64,000 nucleotides of DNA from Myxococcales bacterium (GTDB lineage: Bacteria > Myxococcota_A > Polyangia > Polyangiales > DASUME01): the NCBI GenBank assembly GCA_047601445.1, contig JASGJH010000001.1, positions 416,001-480,000 of the forward strand. The letters are read 5' to 3'. A program made the translations under genes and the position numbers. Shown here one piece after another: positions 8,901 to 17,617 of the stretch (position 1 is the first letter of the stretch; each line of letters opens with the position of its first letter). The notes under the pieces are model-generated. The model was not told where the DNA came from, ran no database searches, and was given only the letters and a program-made list of their open reading frames with translations.

Positions 8901-11900
8901 GGGCGAGGCTGGCGACGTGAAGACGCAGGTGCAGGTGTTGCGCGAAGCGTCCCAGCTGCCCATCGATTCGGCCTTCGCGCGCGAGCTGGCGGAGCGCGCC
9001 GCGGCCATTGCCTCGGCTCGGCTCGGCGACGCTACCCTCGCTGCTGCCCTCTATCAGCGCGCCCTCGAGCAGGCGCCGGACTCCACCGAACTCTTGGCTG
9101 CGCTCGCGGTCGAGTACGACAAGCTCGGCCGGCTCGAGGAGCTCCTGGTGCTGCGGCGCCGCGAGCTCGCGCTCACGAGCAGCGTGGCGCGACGCCTCGA
9201 GCTGCGCCTCGACATCGCCCGCGTGATGGCCGAGATCGAGGCAAGGGGAGGGCGCTTCGGGGCCCTGCGCGACAACCTACGCGACGCCCCCGGACACGAA
9301 CCTTCGCTGTTGGCCCTCGAGGCCGCGCTGCGTGAGCGTGGCGCCCTGCTCGATGTGCACGAGTTGTTCGCCTCGCAGGCGGCGCAGCTCGAAGGGCTGG
9401 GCGATTCGGCGCGTGCGGCGCAGTTGTGGTCGAGCGCAGCGCGACTCTCGGACCAGGAGCTCGGTCTCCCCGAAAAGGCCCTGTTCGCCTACCAGCGCGT
9501 CTGTGACCTCGCCGAGAACAACGACGCGCTCGACTCGCTCGCCCGCATCCGCCTGGCGCGCAACGAGCACGCGCAGGCGGTGCCGTGGTTGGCGCGACGC
9601 CTTGAGCGCATGACCGGTGACGAGCGCGTTGGGGGCGTGCTGCGCCTGGCGCGCGCGTATCAGCAGGCCGCCGATGCAGGGCGTGCCATCGATTGCCTCG
9701 TGCGCGGGGTCGGTGAGGCGCCGGATGCTTCGGAGCTGCGCGACCTCCTGTCCGATCTGTATCGTAAGACCGGCCGCGTCGGCGAGCTCGCCCCGCTTCT
9801 GGCCGAGAACGCGCTGCGGGCTACGGACAAGACCCAGGTGCTCGCCTGCGCACGTGAGGCGGCAGAGCTGTTCTGCGGCCCCTGCGGGCAGCCGGAACGC
9901 GCCGTAGCCGTGCTGTCACGCGCGGTCGAGATGGATCCCGAGGACCGGACCCTCAAGTGTCTGTACGCCGACGCGCTGGTGGCCGCGGGCCGACTGCCCG
10001 AAGCCCAGGCCGTGCTCGACGGCATGATCGCCGCGTTCGGTCGGCGCCGCTCGGTGGAGCGTGCCGAGGTCCACTTGCGGCTCTCGCGGGTGGCTCAGGC
10101 CGCAGGCAACCTGGAAGAAGCCCTGGCTCAACTGGACACGGCCTCCTCCATGGACCGCAGCCACACCGGGATCCTGCGGGCTCTCGGCGAGCTCTCGTAC
10201 GACTCGGGGCAGCTCGATCGCGCGGAACGCGCCTATCGAGCGTTGTTGATGGCGCTCAAGAAGCCGCAACCTGGGGTCGTGCCCGAGGTGGGTGTGGCCG
10301 AGGTCCTGTACCAGCTGCATCGCATCGCCGCGCAGCTGGAGCAGAGCGAGAAGGCCGCGGAGTTGCTCGAGAGCGCCGTGCAAACTGCGGTGCACAGCGA
10401 GGACGAGACCGCGCGGCTCAAGCAGTTGCTTGCCGGACGTGGTGATCCCGCGCTGCTCCTGCGCGTGCTCGAGCTTCGCCTGATCCAGGTGAGCGATCCC
10501 ATCGCCGAGGCGGCGGCGCGTAGCGACCTGGCCGACGTGCTCGAGCTCGTCCCGGAGCGCAAGGCGGAAGCTCTCGAGGAGCGCCTGCGCGCGCTCTCGT
10601 GTGCGCCGGATCATGACCCGCTCCATCGCAAGGCCCTCGCCCTGGCAGAAGCCGGCGGCGAAGTTCGCAAGTACGCCGAGGCGGTGCGCTCGCTCTACGA
10701 GCGCGCGCGTCGCAAGGAGGACCTGGGGCTCGCCAGTGATCTCGCCTTGCGCGCGGCTTCGGTGTACGAGCACGCGCTCGGTGACCTGACTGCCGCCGAG
10801 GCACAGTACAAGGTGGTGCGAGAGGACGCGCCGGGCTTCGTGGAAGCCCAGTTCTCCCTCGCGCGCGTGGCCGGCAAGCTCGGTCATGCCGACGAGGAGC
10901 GCGCGGTGCTCTCGCGCATCGTCGAGCTGCCCGAAGATCCAGCCCACGCCAACAGCAAGCGCAGCGCTCGCTACCGCCTGGCAGAGCTCTTGATCGAAGC
11001 ACCTTCCACGCGCGACGAGGGCTTCGACGTCCTGGTGGGCCTACTGAAGGAGATGCCCGACCACGCGCGGGCAGGCAGCATCTTGCAGGCGGCGTGCTCG
11101 CGCGATCCGAAGGACGTGCGCGCGCTCGAGCTGCTCGAGCAGAACGCCCGCAAGAGCGACGAACCCGGCCTCTTGCTGGACTTCGTGGAGCGTCACGCCA
11201 AGAGCCAGGAGCCTTCGCTGGGCTTGATTCGCGAAGGTGCGGAGCTCGCCCTGCGCATTCAGGAAAATGCTCGTGCGGAGGCCTTGCTGCGCCGGGCCAT
11301 CAAGCTCGCCGAGAAGGGCGAAGGCTTGATCGAGGCCCTGTGGGCACCGATCGCACTCGGGCGCCTGCGCAACCAACTCAACGACGTGGCCGGAGCCATC
11401 GACTGGCTCGAGCGCGCCATGAAGGCCAGCGACTCCTACGAGGCCTTCGAACTCGGGCTCGAGGTGGGCGCCCTGGCAGAGGGCCGCGGGAAGGATCCCG
11501 AGCGCGCCATCCGCATCTACGAGGCGCTGCGTGAGCGTGATCCGGCCGACCGCCGCGTGTGGAGTGCCTTGCTCGCGCTCTACAAGAAGGGGCGCAACCT
11601 GGACGGTGCCCTCGGCGTGGTGAGGACCACGCTGGAGGCGCTGATCGATCCGGCGGAGCGCAACGCGCTGCGCATGGAAACTGCCAAGCTGTTGCTCGAG
11701 AGCAACCGCGAGGACGACGGCCGTACGCTGTTGCAAGAGGTGTTGGGCGAGGACCCCGACAACGAAGAGGCGGCCCTGCTGCTGGCGGATCTCTACGAGC
11801 GCAACGGTGAAAACGAGGCCATGGCCGAACTGCTCGGGCGCAAGCTCGAGAGCGCGCGCGAGCGTCGCAGCCTCTCGCTGGTGCCCATCTCGCTGCGCAT

Positions 11901-13707
11901 GGGCCACCTGCTGGAGGAGACCCGGCCCGAGCAAGCGGTGGAGATCTACCGCGAGGGCTTGGCGCTCTTGCCCGACAGCTACGACCTGATGCGCGCCACC
12001 CTGTCGATGCTCGATCCGGAGCGCGATGCCGTGGAACGCGCGAACCTGCTCGAGCGTTACCTGTCCGGCGACGGGCGCGAGGACGAGCATGCCCTCGGTG
12101 CGGCGCTGTGGCTGCTCGAATATCAGACGCAAACCGGAGACGAAGCGGCCTTCGAGCGCGCCCTTGCCATCGCGTACCGCGTTTCGCCTGGTCACGACGA
12201 GATCCGTTCGCGCCTCGAGCAGTGGTACCGCCAGCGCAACGACTTTGCGAACCTGGCCTTGATGCTCGAGCAAGAGGCCGGTCGCGCCGAAGATCCGAAC
12301 CGCGCCTTCGCGCTTCTGGTGGAGGTGGCGGACATCCGTCTGCACAAGCTCGCGCAACCTTCGGAAGCGGCGGCCTTGCTCCGCCGCGCACGTGCCTACT
12401 CCCCGAACGACTTCGAGCTCCTCAAGCGCGCCGTGCTGGCCAGCGCAGCCTCCGGCGAGCTCGGACCGGCCCTCGCCGAGATCGATCAGGCGCTCGAGGA
12501 GCGCTCGCGCAAGAAGAGCGAGCGCGTCGAGCTACTGCTTCTGCGTGCCGAAGTGGCGGGCGCCGCCGGCATGCACGACGAGGCCGTGGAGGCCCTCGAC
12601 AAGGCCCACCAGTACGCTGGCCAGGCCGTACTCGGGCACCTGATGACGGGCCTCGAGCAGGCGCGCTTGGGCTCTCAGGCCAGCGCCAACGTGCACCGCG
12701 AGCGCGAGCTCACGCTGCGCCTGGTGGACCTGCAGAGCCAAGCCGGCGCCGTGGCGGAAGCGAGCGAGTTGCTCATCGCGTGGGTGGCCCGTGCCCCGCG
12801 CGACGTCGAAGCGCTACGCATCCTGATCGAGCTATTGGGCAGCGCCGAGCGCTGGACTGCGGTGATCGGCGTGGCCGAGTCGCTGCTGCGCGAGGACGAG
12901 CCCGAGGTGCTGCCCGCCGTGTCGGAGCGCCTGGTGATCGCCGCGCGCGCCCTGGGACGCCCCGAACTGGCCCGCAAGGGTCTCGAGCGGGCGCTCGAGC
13001 GTGCACCCGAGCAGCTGCAGCTGGTGGACCTGCTCTCCGAGCTGTACGCCGAATTGAGCGAGAAGCAGGCCCTGGCGGAGCTCATGCTGCGCTACCTGTC
13101 GCCGCAGGATCCCGCCGAGAAGCGCTTCGAACAGCTGCGCCGCATCGGCCAACTCTTGCTCGATGCGGGCGACTCCGAGCGCGCCCTCGCTGCCCTCACT
13201 CAGGCCTGGGAGCTCAAGCCCGACGACATGGTGACGGTGCTCTTCATTGCCGACGCCCAGATCGCCGCGCGCCGCTTCCAGGAGGCCCAAGACCTGCTCG
13301 AGAAGGCCATGAACGCCTGCAAGAGCCGACGCTCCCCCGAGCTCGCGCAGCTGCGCTACCGCATGGCGAAGCTGAGCTCCGCCGCAGGCGACTCCCAGGC
13401 ACGCCTCGAGTGGCTCAACAGCGCGCTCGAAGCCGACATGAACAACGGCGATGTGGCGAGCGAGCTGGCCGTGGTCGCGCAGAACATGAACGACCTCGAC
13501 ACGGCGCTCAAGGCCTTGCGCGCCATCACGATGCTCAAGACGGACGCGCCGATGACGCGCGCCGAGGCGTTCTATCGGCAGGCCGTGATCGTGGCGCAGA
13601 AGGGCGAGCCGCGGCGCGCCGTGCTGTGGGCCAAGAAGGCGAAGGCAGAGAACGCCAACTTCCCAGGCGTGGACGCGCTGCTGGCCGAACTTGGCGAGGC
13701 TTCCTGA
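5998..13707 (+). CDS. Giant (~2570 aa) tetratricopeptide-repeat protein, AgmK-like myxobacterial class
   Basis: Continuous TPR-like helical repeats (e.g. LEEDPQDREALDGLVELY, LGEDPDNEEAALLLADLY). No signal peptide or catalytic motif is evident. Confidence 0.88.
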   Translation: MTNHHKETGFSSLLADVRKRPDDLAGWDELEAYAASEQTPEPVAEAYAEILARDLPLAVAKRLGEHALRFCEEWFADETPLMQAVLLRVFDRDPADEAVFDRLSMGLTATGSWERLLEVYEKAVDATDSLERRIQLLDDAVRVAKDLAHDTDRAIVFMKRLVPLRPSDNALRSALERLLERGERWRELIALWDSGTQGASPETAARIKVQIASCWLDRLKNAPAALEVLRKVLENGPGHVDALALSERLLGSEDASTGTRREVLDLLRKTFLRGNRPLDVARVVRASLSFAQGQEREQLHREAAKLWLEQGAGSEALSDLGELFVLRPEDEQLASESAELSSKLGEQGRWVGYLERAAQHTSQPVRAAQLRLRAATLAHDPVGDTERAIALCERVFLDDAESGLALDAGRALDALLEANGRHAARLSVLERLARLETDVERRREVLGALARLASTQGAGARAVSTWLKRLEEDPQDREALDGLVELYEGSQDYRALVDVLRRRVALKEGAAGGRDLARIAEVHSEALDEIESALKAWGELHSVAPDLVAALHVGDLLQRAATREGTRTARVLCALGDAYRVLLGEAERALFYYARALASDASLAAAQTGLGALLENDAVRAGAADALAGAYASTENSEGLLSLLPHRLFGASTPSERARLLRQAAMLEERKEQSARAFAHLCAALVEDPESSANDSDLRRLAQQEAGWQALADAALSASGKLAAESPRVAQLRALEGEIAERALDDSGRALEAYSSALRVSPTDTSLARTVVRVGAARGEYKLAFEVVLAAAQKADQVPDELLALIEAQVEGETAYRGLTRAAEESLESARLNAPVKRELATRIAGWQEKHCQDLEAAQSLLQKAYQLGAPHAETLRRLITVQRREPGQALFGSLMALAELSQEEFAALIEAQELARDVLRDGDLERRVLGLTFRRSATALLQGQKQVAGLSLEQLANGSALRIAELSGEAGDVKTQVQVLREASQLPIDSAFARELAERAAAIASARLGDATLAAALYQRALEQAPDSTELLAALAVEYDKLGRLEELLVLRRRELALTSSVARRLELRLDIARVMAEIEARGGRFGALRDNLRDAPGHEPSLLALEAALRERGALLDVHELFASQAAQLEGLGDSARAAQLWSSAARLSDQELGLPEKALFAYQRVCDLAENNDALDSLARIRLARNEHAQAVPWLARRLERMTGDERVGGVLRLARAYQQAADAGRAIDCLVRGVGEAPDASELRDLLSDLYRKTGRVGELAPLLAENALRATDKTQVLACAREAAELFCGPCGQPERAVAVLSRAVEMDPEDRTLKCLYADALVAAGRLPEAQAVLDGMIAAFGRRRSVERAEVHLRLSRVAQAAGNLEEALAQLDTASSMDRSHTGILRALGELSYDSGQLDRAERAYRALLMALKKPQPGVVPEVGVAEVLYQLHRIAAQLEQSEKAAELLESAVQTAVHSEDETARLKQLLAGRGDPALLLRVLELRLIQVSDPIAEAAARSDLADVLELVPERKAEALEERLRALSCAPDHDPLHRKALALAEAGGEVRKYAEAVRSLYERARRKEDLGLASDLALRAASVYEHALGDLTAAEAQYKVVREDAPGFVEAQFSLARVAGKLGHADEERAVLSRIVELPEDPAHANSKRSARYRLAELLIEAPSTRDEGFDVLVGLLKEMPDHARAGSILQAACSRDPKDVRALELLEQNARKSDEPGLLLDFVERHAKSQEPSLGLIREGAELALRIQENARAEALLRRAIKLAEKGEGLIEALWAPIALGRLRNQLNDVAGAIDWLERAMKASDSYEAFELGLEVGALAEGRGKDPERAIRIYEALRERDPADRRVWSALLALYKKGRNLDGALGVVRTTLEALIDPAERNALRMETAKLLLESNREDDGRTLLQEVLGEDPDNEEAALLLADLYERNGENEAMAELLGRKLESARERRSLSLVPISLRMGHLLEETRPEQAVEIYREGLALLPDSYDLMRATLSMLDPERDAVERANLLERYLSGDGREDEHALGAALWLLEYQTQTGDEAAFERALAIAYRVSPGHDEIRSRLEQWYRQRNDFANLALMLEQEAGRAEDPNRAFALLVEVADIRLHKLAQPSEAAALLRRARAYSPNDFELLKRAVLASAASGELGPALAEIDQALEERSRKKSERVELLLLRAEVAGAAGMHDEAVEALDKAHQYAGQAVLGHLMTGLEQARLGSQASANVHRERELTLRLVDLQSQAGAVAEASELLIAWVARAPRDVEALRILIELLGSAERWTAVIGVAESLLREDEPEVLPAVSERLVIAARALGRPELARKGLERALERAPEQLQLVDLLSELYAELSEKQALAELMLRYLSPQDPAEKRFEQLRRIGQLLLDAGDSERALAALTQAWELKPDDMVTVLFIADAQIAARRFQEAQDLLEKAMNACKSRRSPELAQLRYRMAKLSSAAGDSQARLEWLNSALEADMNNGDVASELAVVAQNMNDLDTALKALRAITMLKTDAPMTRAEAFYRQAVIVAQKGEPRRAVLWAKKAKAENANFPGVDALLAELGEAS

Positions 13708-13799
13708 GCTAGTTCGGGGAGCGCGTTCGGGCACGGGCGCGCTTCGCTGACGCGAAGCTGGCACGGGAACAGGGCGCTGACTTGGTCAGCGCCCTGTTG

Positions 13800-14639
13800 T
13801 CAATTCATGAGCGGGACGGCCTTGCGCGACTTGGCGAGCGCGGTCCGCACCTCGCTGGCGTCGCTGGCGTTCGGTCGCTTGAGCAAGTAGTGCGCGAGGT
13901 CGCTCGAGGCGACCTGGTTTGCGCCCAGCTTGAGCGCGAGCATGCCGCGGTCGCGCCGCAGCTCAGGCGAACCGGTGAGCTCCACGAGCCGATCGGTGAC
14001 CAGCAAGGCGCTCGGGAAATTGCGCTGGCTCTCATGGATGCGCTTGAGGTTGGTGAGCATGCGCTGCGCCACCTCGGACACGCCCACGGGTGCCAGGTAC
14101 TCCGGCTTCATCACGCTCTGCGGGCCCAGGCTCTTGTTCAAGAGCGCCGAGAGCTCATCGCCCTGGATCAAGCGGCCCTCGAAGGCATCCACCAGCACGC
14201 CGGTCGGCGCGCCCACGCGCACCAAAAAGTGCCCTGGGAAGCCGATCGGCAGCACCGGAACACCGAGCCTGCGCGCCACGGCCATGTACACCACCGACAG
14301 GCTGATCGGGATCCCCAGGCGTCGCTTGAGCACGCTGTCGAGGTAGCTGTTGTCGGCTTCCTCGTAGCTTTGCCGATTGCCCTGGAAGCGGTTTTCGATC
14401 GCGAGGTGGTGCACCAGCGCGCTGGCCTGTTCGTGCGCATCCAGCGCCTCGAAGCCCTCCACCTGGAAGCTCTCCGCCAGTGCGTCGAGCTCGGCGAGGA
14501 CCTGCTGCGGCGAAAGCTGCGGGTGCGCGTCGCGCGCGATCCAAATCGCGACGTGCTCGACCTGTACGCCCCGCTGCTTGACCAGTTCGCCAAGGTTGCG
14601 GCAGCTGAAGAAGTCGTGCGCGGAGTCCGCGATGGTCAT
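13800..14639 (-). CDS. SirB1-like transglutaminase-core/TPR protein
   Basis: FQGNRQSYEEADNSYLDSVLKRRLGIPISLSVVY, IGFPGHFLV, RMLTNLK and ELRRDRGML motifs. Confidence 0.9.
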   Translation of the reverse strand: MTIADSAHDFFSCRNLGELVKQRGVQVEHVAIWIARDAHPQLSPQQVLAELDALAESFQVEGFEALDAHEQASALVHHLAIENRFQGNRQSYEEADNSYLDSVLKRRLGIPISLSVVYMAVARRLGVPVLPIGFPGHFLVRVGAPTGVLVDAFEGRLIQGDELSALLNKSLGPQSVMKPEYLAPVGVSEVAQRMLTNLKRIHESQRNFPSALLVTDRLVELTGSPELRRDRGMLALKLGANQVASSDLAHYLLKRPNASDASEVRTALAKSRKAVPLMN

Positions 14640-15586
14640 CCGGTGAACTCGTGCTCGGCCCAGGAACCGAGGCTTGGGATGGATTCACCCACCTGGGTGG
14701 GCATGATGCACCAGCGAAGCACGTGCTCACCCAGCGGCACGTGGAAGGTATCGCGATCCTTGTTCACTCTGATCACCGGCGGAGGACTGACGAGTGTTTC
14801 CTCGTCTGCTTCACACACGCCCCACTCGACCTCTTGTTTCCAGGTCGTAATGGCGGCCACCGCAATCAGGTCGCACAGCGCCTGGAACACGATGGGATCG
14901 ATCCAGCGAATGACGAAGGGCGTCTGGTGGAGGATCAGCGACTCGAGGCGCTCGATGCCTCCTCGGGTGGGCGCCACGCCCCGAAAGCCCTGCGCGTCCA
15001 ACCAGCTACACAGCTCGCGCGCCAGCGCACCTGGCTCGGCGCCGAAGGGCCCCTCGGTGCGCTCGAGCAAGGCCTCCGCGAGCGGTCCACACAGGGCCTG
15101 CTCGGAGGCTACGACCCGCGCGGTGTAGCGCGCGAGGGGCTCGTCGGTGGCCAGACCGTCCACCAGTTGGCACTCGCGACGCAAGAGGCCCAGGGTGCGA
15201 CGCACCTCGTTGCCTTCGATGGGCGCCGAAGAGAGGCCGAACGTGCTCAGCGCCGGCGCAGGATCGAAGGGCTGCTGGGCGAACGCGTAGAGCTCTAGTC
15301 CGCGCAGCGCGGCGGTGCGCTCACGCAGCTCCTCCACCGGGCGCGACAGCTCGGACAACAGCGAGGCTTCCACCAGAGGCTTCAACGCGGCGTGATAGGT
15401 CTTGAGGTTGGCGGCCGGCGCAAAGGACGCCATCACCAGGTTGCGCGAGCCGTCGTCGCGCTCCGCCTCGAGGATACGCGGGTGTACGGGCAGGGCTGGC
15501 CAGCGCTCGCTCTTGCGCCTGAGGCCCGGCACCAGTTCATCCAAGGGGCCGGGCATGAAGCCTTGGGTCTCTTCGTCGCCGATCAT
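14636..15586 (-). CDS. Hypothetical protein
   Basis: 316-aa ORF with coding-like composition and a 4-nt overlap with the SirB1-like gene. Confidence 0.75.
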   Translation of the reverse strand: MIGDEETQGFMPGPLDELVPGLRRKSERWPALPVHPRILEAERDDGSRNLVMASFAPAANLKTYHAALKPLVEASLLSELSRPVEELRERTAALRGLELYAFAQQPFDPAPALSTFGLSSAPIEGNEVRRTLGLLRRECQLVDGLATDEPLARYTARVVASEQALCGPLAEALLERTEGPFGAEPGALARELCSWLDAQGFRGVAPTRGGIERLESLILHQTPFVIRWIDPIVFQALCDLIAVAAITTWKQEVEWGVCEADEETLVSPPPVIRVNKDRDTFHVPLGEHVLRWCIMPTQVGESIPSLGSWAEHEFTG

Positions 15587-15766
15587 GGTGATTTCCAGGG
15601 TGTAGCACGGAGTTTCGGGCCATTGCGCGGGCCCCGAGCTGACTCGTTCACGGGAAGCTTTGACCGGTCGTTTGCGGCGCGGCGCCGGGCGAGTTGACAG
15701 TGCTCGCGCGTGGCTCCGCAGGGGTGACCAAGGCTAGGTCAGGGGCCCACCGTCGACGTCGAGCGG

Positions 15767-16633
15767 CTACGGCGCGCCGTCCCCAGCTTCGGGTTCGTCC
15801 GGGTCGGCTTCCGTCGCTTCAGAGGTGCTCGGAGTTACATGCCCAGGATGGTGTTTGCGTGGGTGGCAAACGATGGCCTTGGGGCGGCGCTTGGCGTCGG
15901 GCCACGTAGTGCGCGCTATCCGCATCGTGGAGCCGTCCCGGTGGCGTACCCCCGGCCGAAAAAGCCCCGCTGGGTCGCAGTTCTGGCCCGCATGAAGGAA
16001 TTCGAAGTGCACGTGAGGGCCCTTGCTGCGGCCGGTGCTGCCCAACTCGGCGATCACCTGTCCGCGTTCCACGCGCTGTCCGGGCACGACCCGGTTCTTC
16101 GAGTTGTGTGCATAGGCGGTCACGAAACCGCCAGTGTGGATGAGAATCACCAGGTTGCCGTAGCCGGACAACTCGTTGCCGGCGTAGCCCACCAGGCCCG
16201 GCGCCGCCGCGCGCACGTTCGAGCCGATCTCACCGCCGATGTCCATCGCTTGATGGTAGCCGCCTGCGCCCGAACCGAAGCCGCGCACGAACCAGCCCTT
16301 GGCTACGGGGAACTTCAGGGTCGTGGGCGCTTTGTCGCTGCCGACACTGCGGAGCCAGTTTTCGGAGACGCGCCCGGCCAGCAGCTCGCCCGCCGCGCGA
16401 CGCGTGCCGAGCCCCAGGCGCTCTGCGCGCTGACGCGCCGGGGTGTCCCGAGGCGGCGAGCTGGCCTTGCGGCTCGCCCTGGGCTTACGCGAGTCGCTGG
16501 CGGCCGCCTCGAGCTTGCTCCGTTTGGGAGCTGCGAACGTGCGACCGTTCCACGCGAAGCTCAGCCACGCCGCGAGGACGAGGATCCCGATTCGTTCGCG
16601 ACGAAGAGCTCGCACCGGCCCATGCGTTAGCAC
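15767..16633 (-). CDS. M23 family metallopeptidase, exported (start uncertain)
   Basis: HQAMD (HxxxD), GYGNLVILIH, TAYAH and STGRSKGPHVHFE (HxH). Hydrophobic N-terminal signal/anchor. Confidence 0.88.
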   Translation of the reverse strand: MLTHGPVRALRRERIGILVLAAWLSFAWNGRTFAAPKRSKLEAAASDSRKPRASRKASSPPRDTPARQRAERLGLGTRRAAGELLAGRVSENWLRSVGSDKAPTTLKFPVAKGWFVRGFGSGAGGYHQAMDIGGEIGSNVRAAAPGLVGYAGNELSGYGNLVILIHTGGFVTAYAHNSKNRVVPGQRVERGQVIAELGSTGRSKGPHVHFEFLHAGQNCDPAGLFRPGVRHRDGSTMRIARTTWPDAKRRPKAIVCHPRKHHPGHVTPSTSEATEADPDEPEAGDGAP

Positions 16634-16700
16634 GCCGCGCGCGCCCGCGAGAGAAAGCCTACTTGCGCGCGAGCAGAGTCGCGGGCACTCCTTGAACGGT

Positions 16701-17492
16701 ATGGTCTCGGTGGCGCTCACGATCGCTGGTTCCGATCCGTCTGGAGGCGCGGGCATTCAGGCCGATCTGAAGACGTTCCAGCTCCACGGGGTTTACGGCG
16801 AAGCCGTCATCTCGCTGCACACGGTGCAAAACACCCTGGGCGTGTCGCGCGTCGAAGCCGTCGACCCTGCGTTGATCGCGGAGCAACTGGCGAGCTTGTG
16901 GGCCGATCTCCCGCCTCAGGCCGTGAAGACGGGGGCGCTCGGCGACCTCCGATGTGTCCGCGTGATCGCGTCGAGCCTGGCGACCTTGTCGGTGCCTCTG
17001 GTCGTGGATCCCATCCTGCGCGCGAGCTCGGGGGCGGCCTTCTCGCGTGAAGACTTGGTGCGCACCTACCTCGAACACCTGGTGCCGCACGCACATCTCC
17101 TCACGCCCAATACGGTCGAGGCCGAGGCGCTCACCGGGGTCAGCGTGACGGACCTGGAGAGCGCAGCGCGCGCCGCCGCGGCGCTGCGATCCTACGGCGC
17201 GCAGAACGTGCTCCTGAAAGGCGGTCATCTGCCGGGAGAGCCGGTCGATCTGCTGCTTTGTGAGGGCGGGAGTCAGCTGCTCTTGCCCGCGCCGCGTGTC
17301 GACACACCGCACACGCATGGCACCGGTTGTACCTATTCGGCGGCGATCACCGCGCGGCTCGCACGCGGCGAGCGGCTCGAGCGCGCCGTGCAGCGCTCCA
17401 AGGAGTGGCTAGCCCGGGTCATCGCCCAGCCGCTCGGGCTCGGGCACGGGCGTGGGCCGCTGAACCATTTCGTCCCGCCGGAGCTCGACTGA
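16701..17492 (+). CDS. thiD: Hydroxymethylpyrimidine/phosphomethylpyrimidine kinase
   Basis: ALTIAGSDPSGGAGIQADLKTF, TVQNT, LLTPN, LLKGGH and HTHGTGCTYSAAI. Confidence 0.96.
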   Translation: MVSVALTIAGSDPSGGAGIQADLKTFQLHGVYGEAVISLHTVQNTLGVSRVEAVDPALIAEQLASLWADLPPQAVKTGALGDLRCVRVIASSLATLSVPLVVDPILRASSGAAFSREDLVRTYLEHLVPHAHLLTPNTVEAEALTGVSVTDLESAARAAAALRSYGAQNVLLKGGHLPGEPVDLLLCEGGSQLLLPAPRVDTPHTHGTGCTYSAAITARLARGERLERAVQRSKEWLARVIAQPLGLGHGRGPLNHFVPPELD

Positions 17493-17617
17493 GCACCCCG
17501 CGTCGGTGTGGCAGACGCGATCACAGCGACCGACCAAAGCGCTCGTTAGGGCCCGACTGAATGCGGTTCAAGCGGGGGTCCGTGATAAGTTTTTGCAGGT
17601 AATTCCAGGGGCGGGGA

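Noticed and set aside
6577..13764. Long antisense and alternate-frame ORFs over the giant TPR gene (e.g. 6577-8388, 11041-12357, 12108-13712)
   Set aside because: They are shadow ORFs caused by high GC3 codon bias and have no recognisable motifs.
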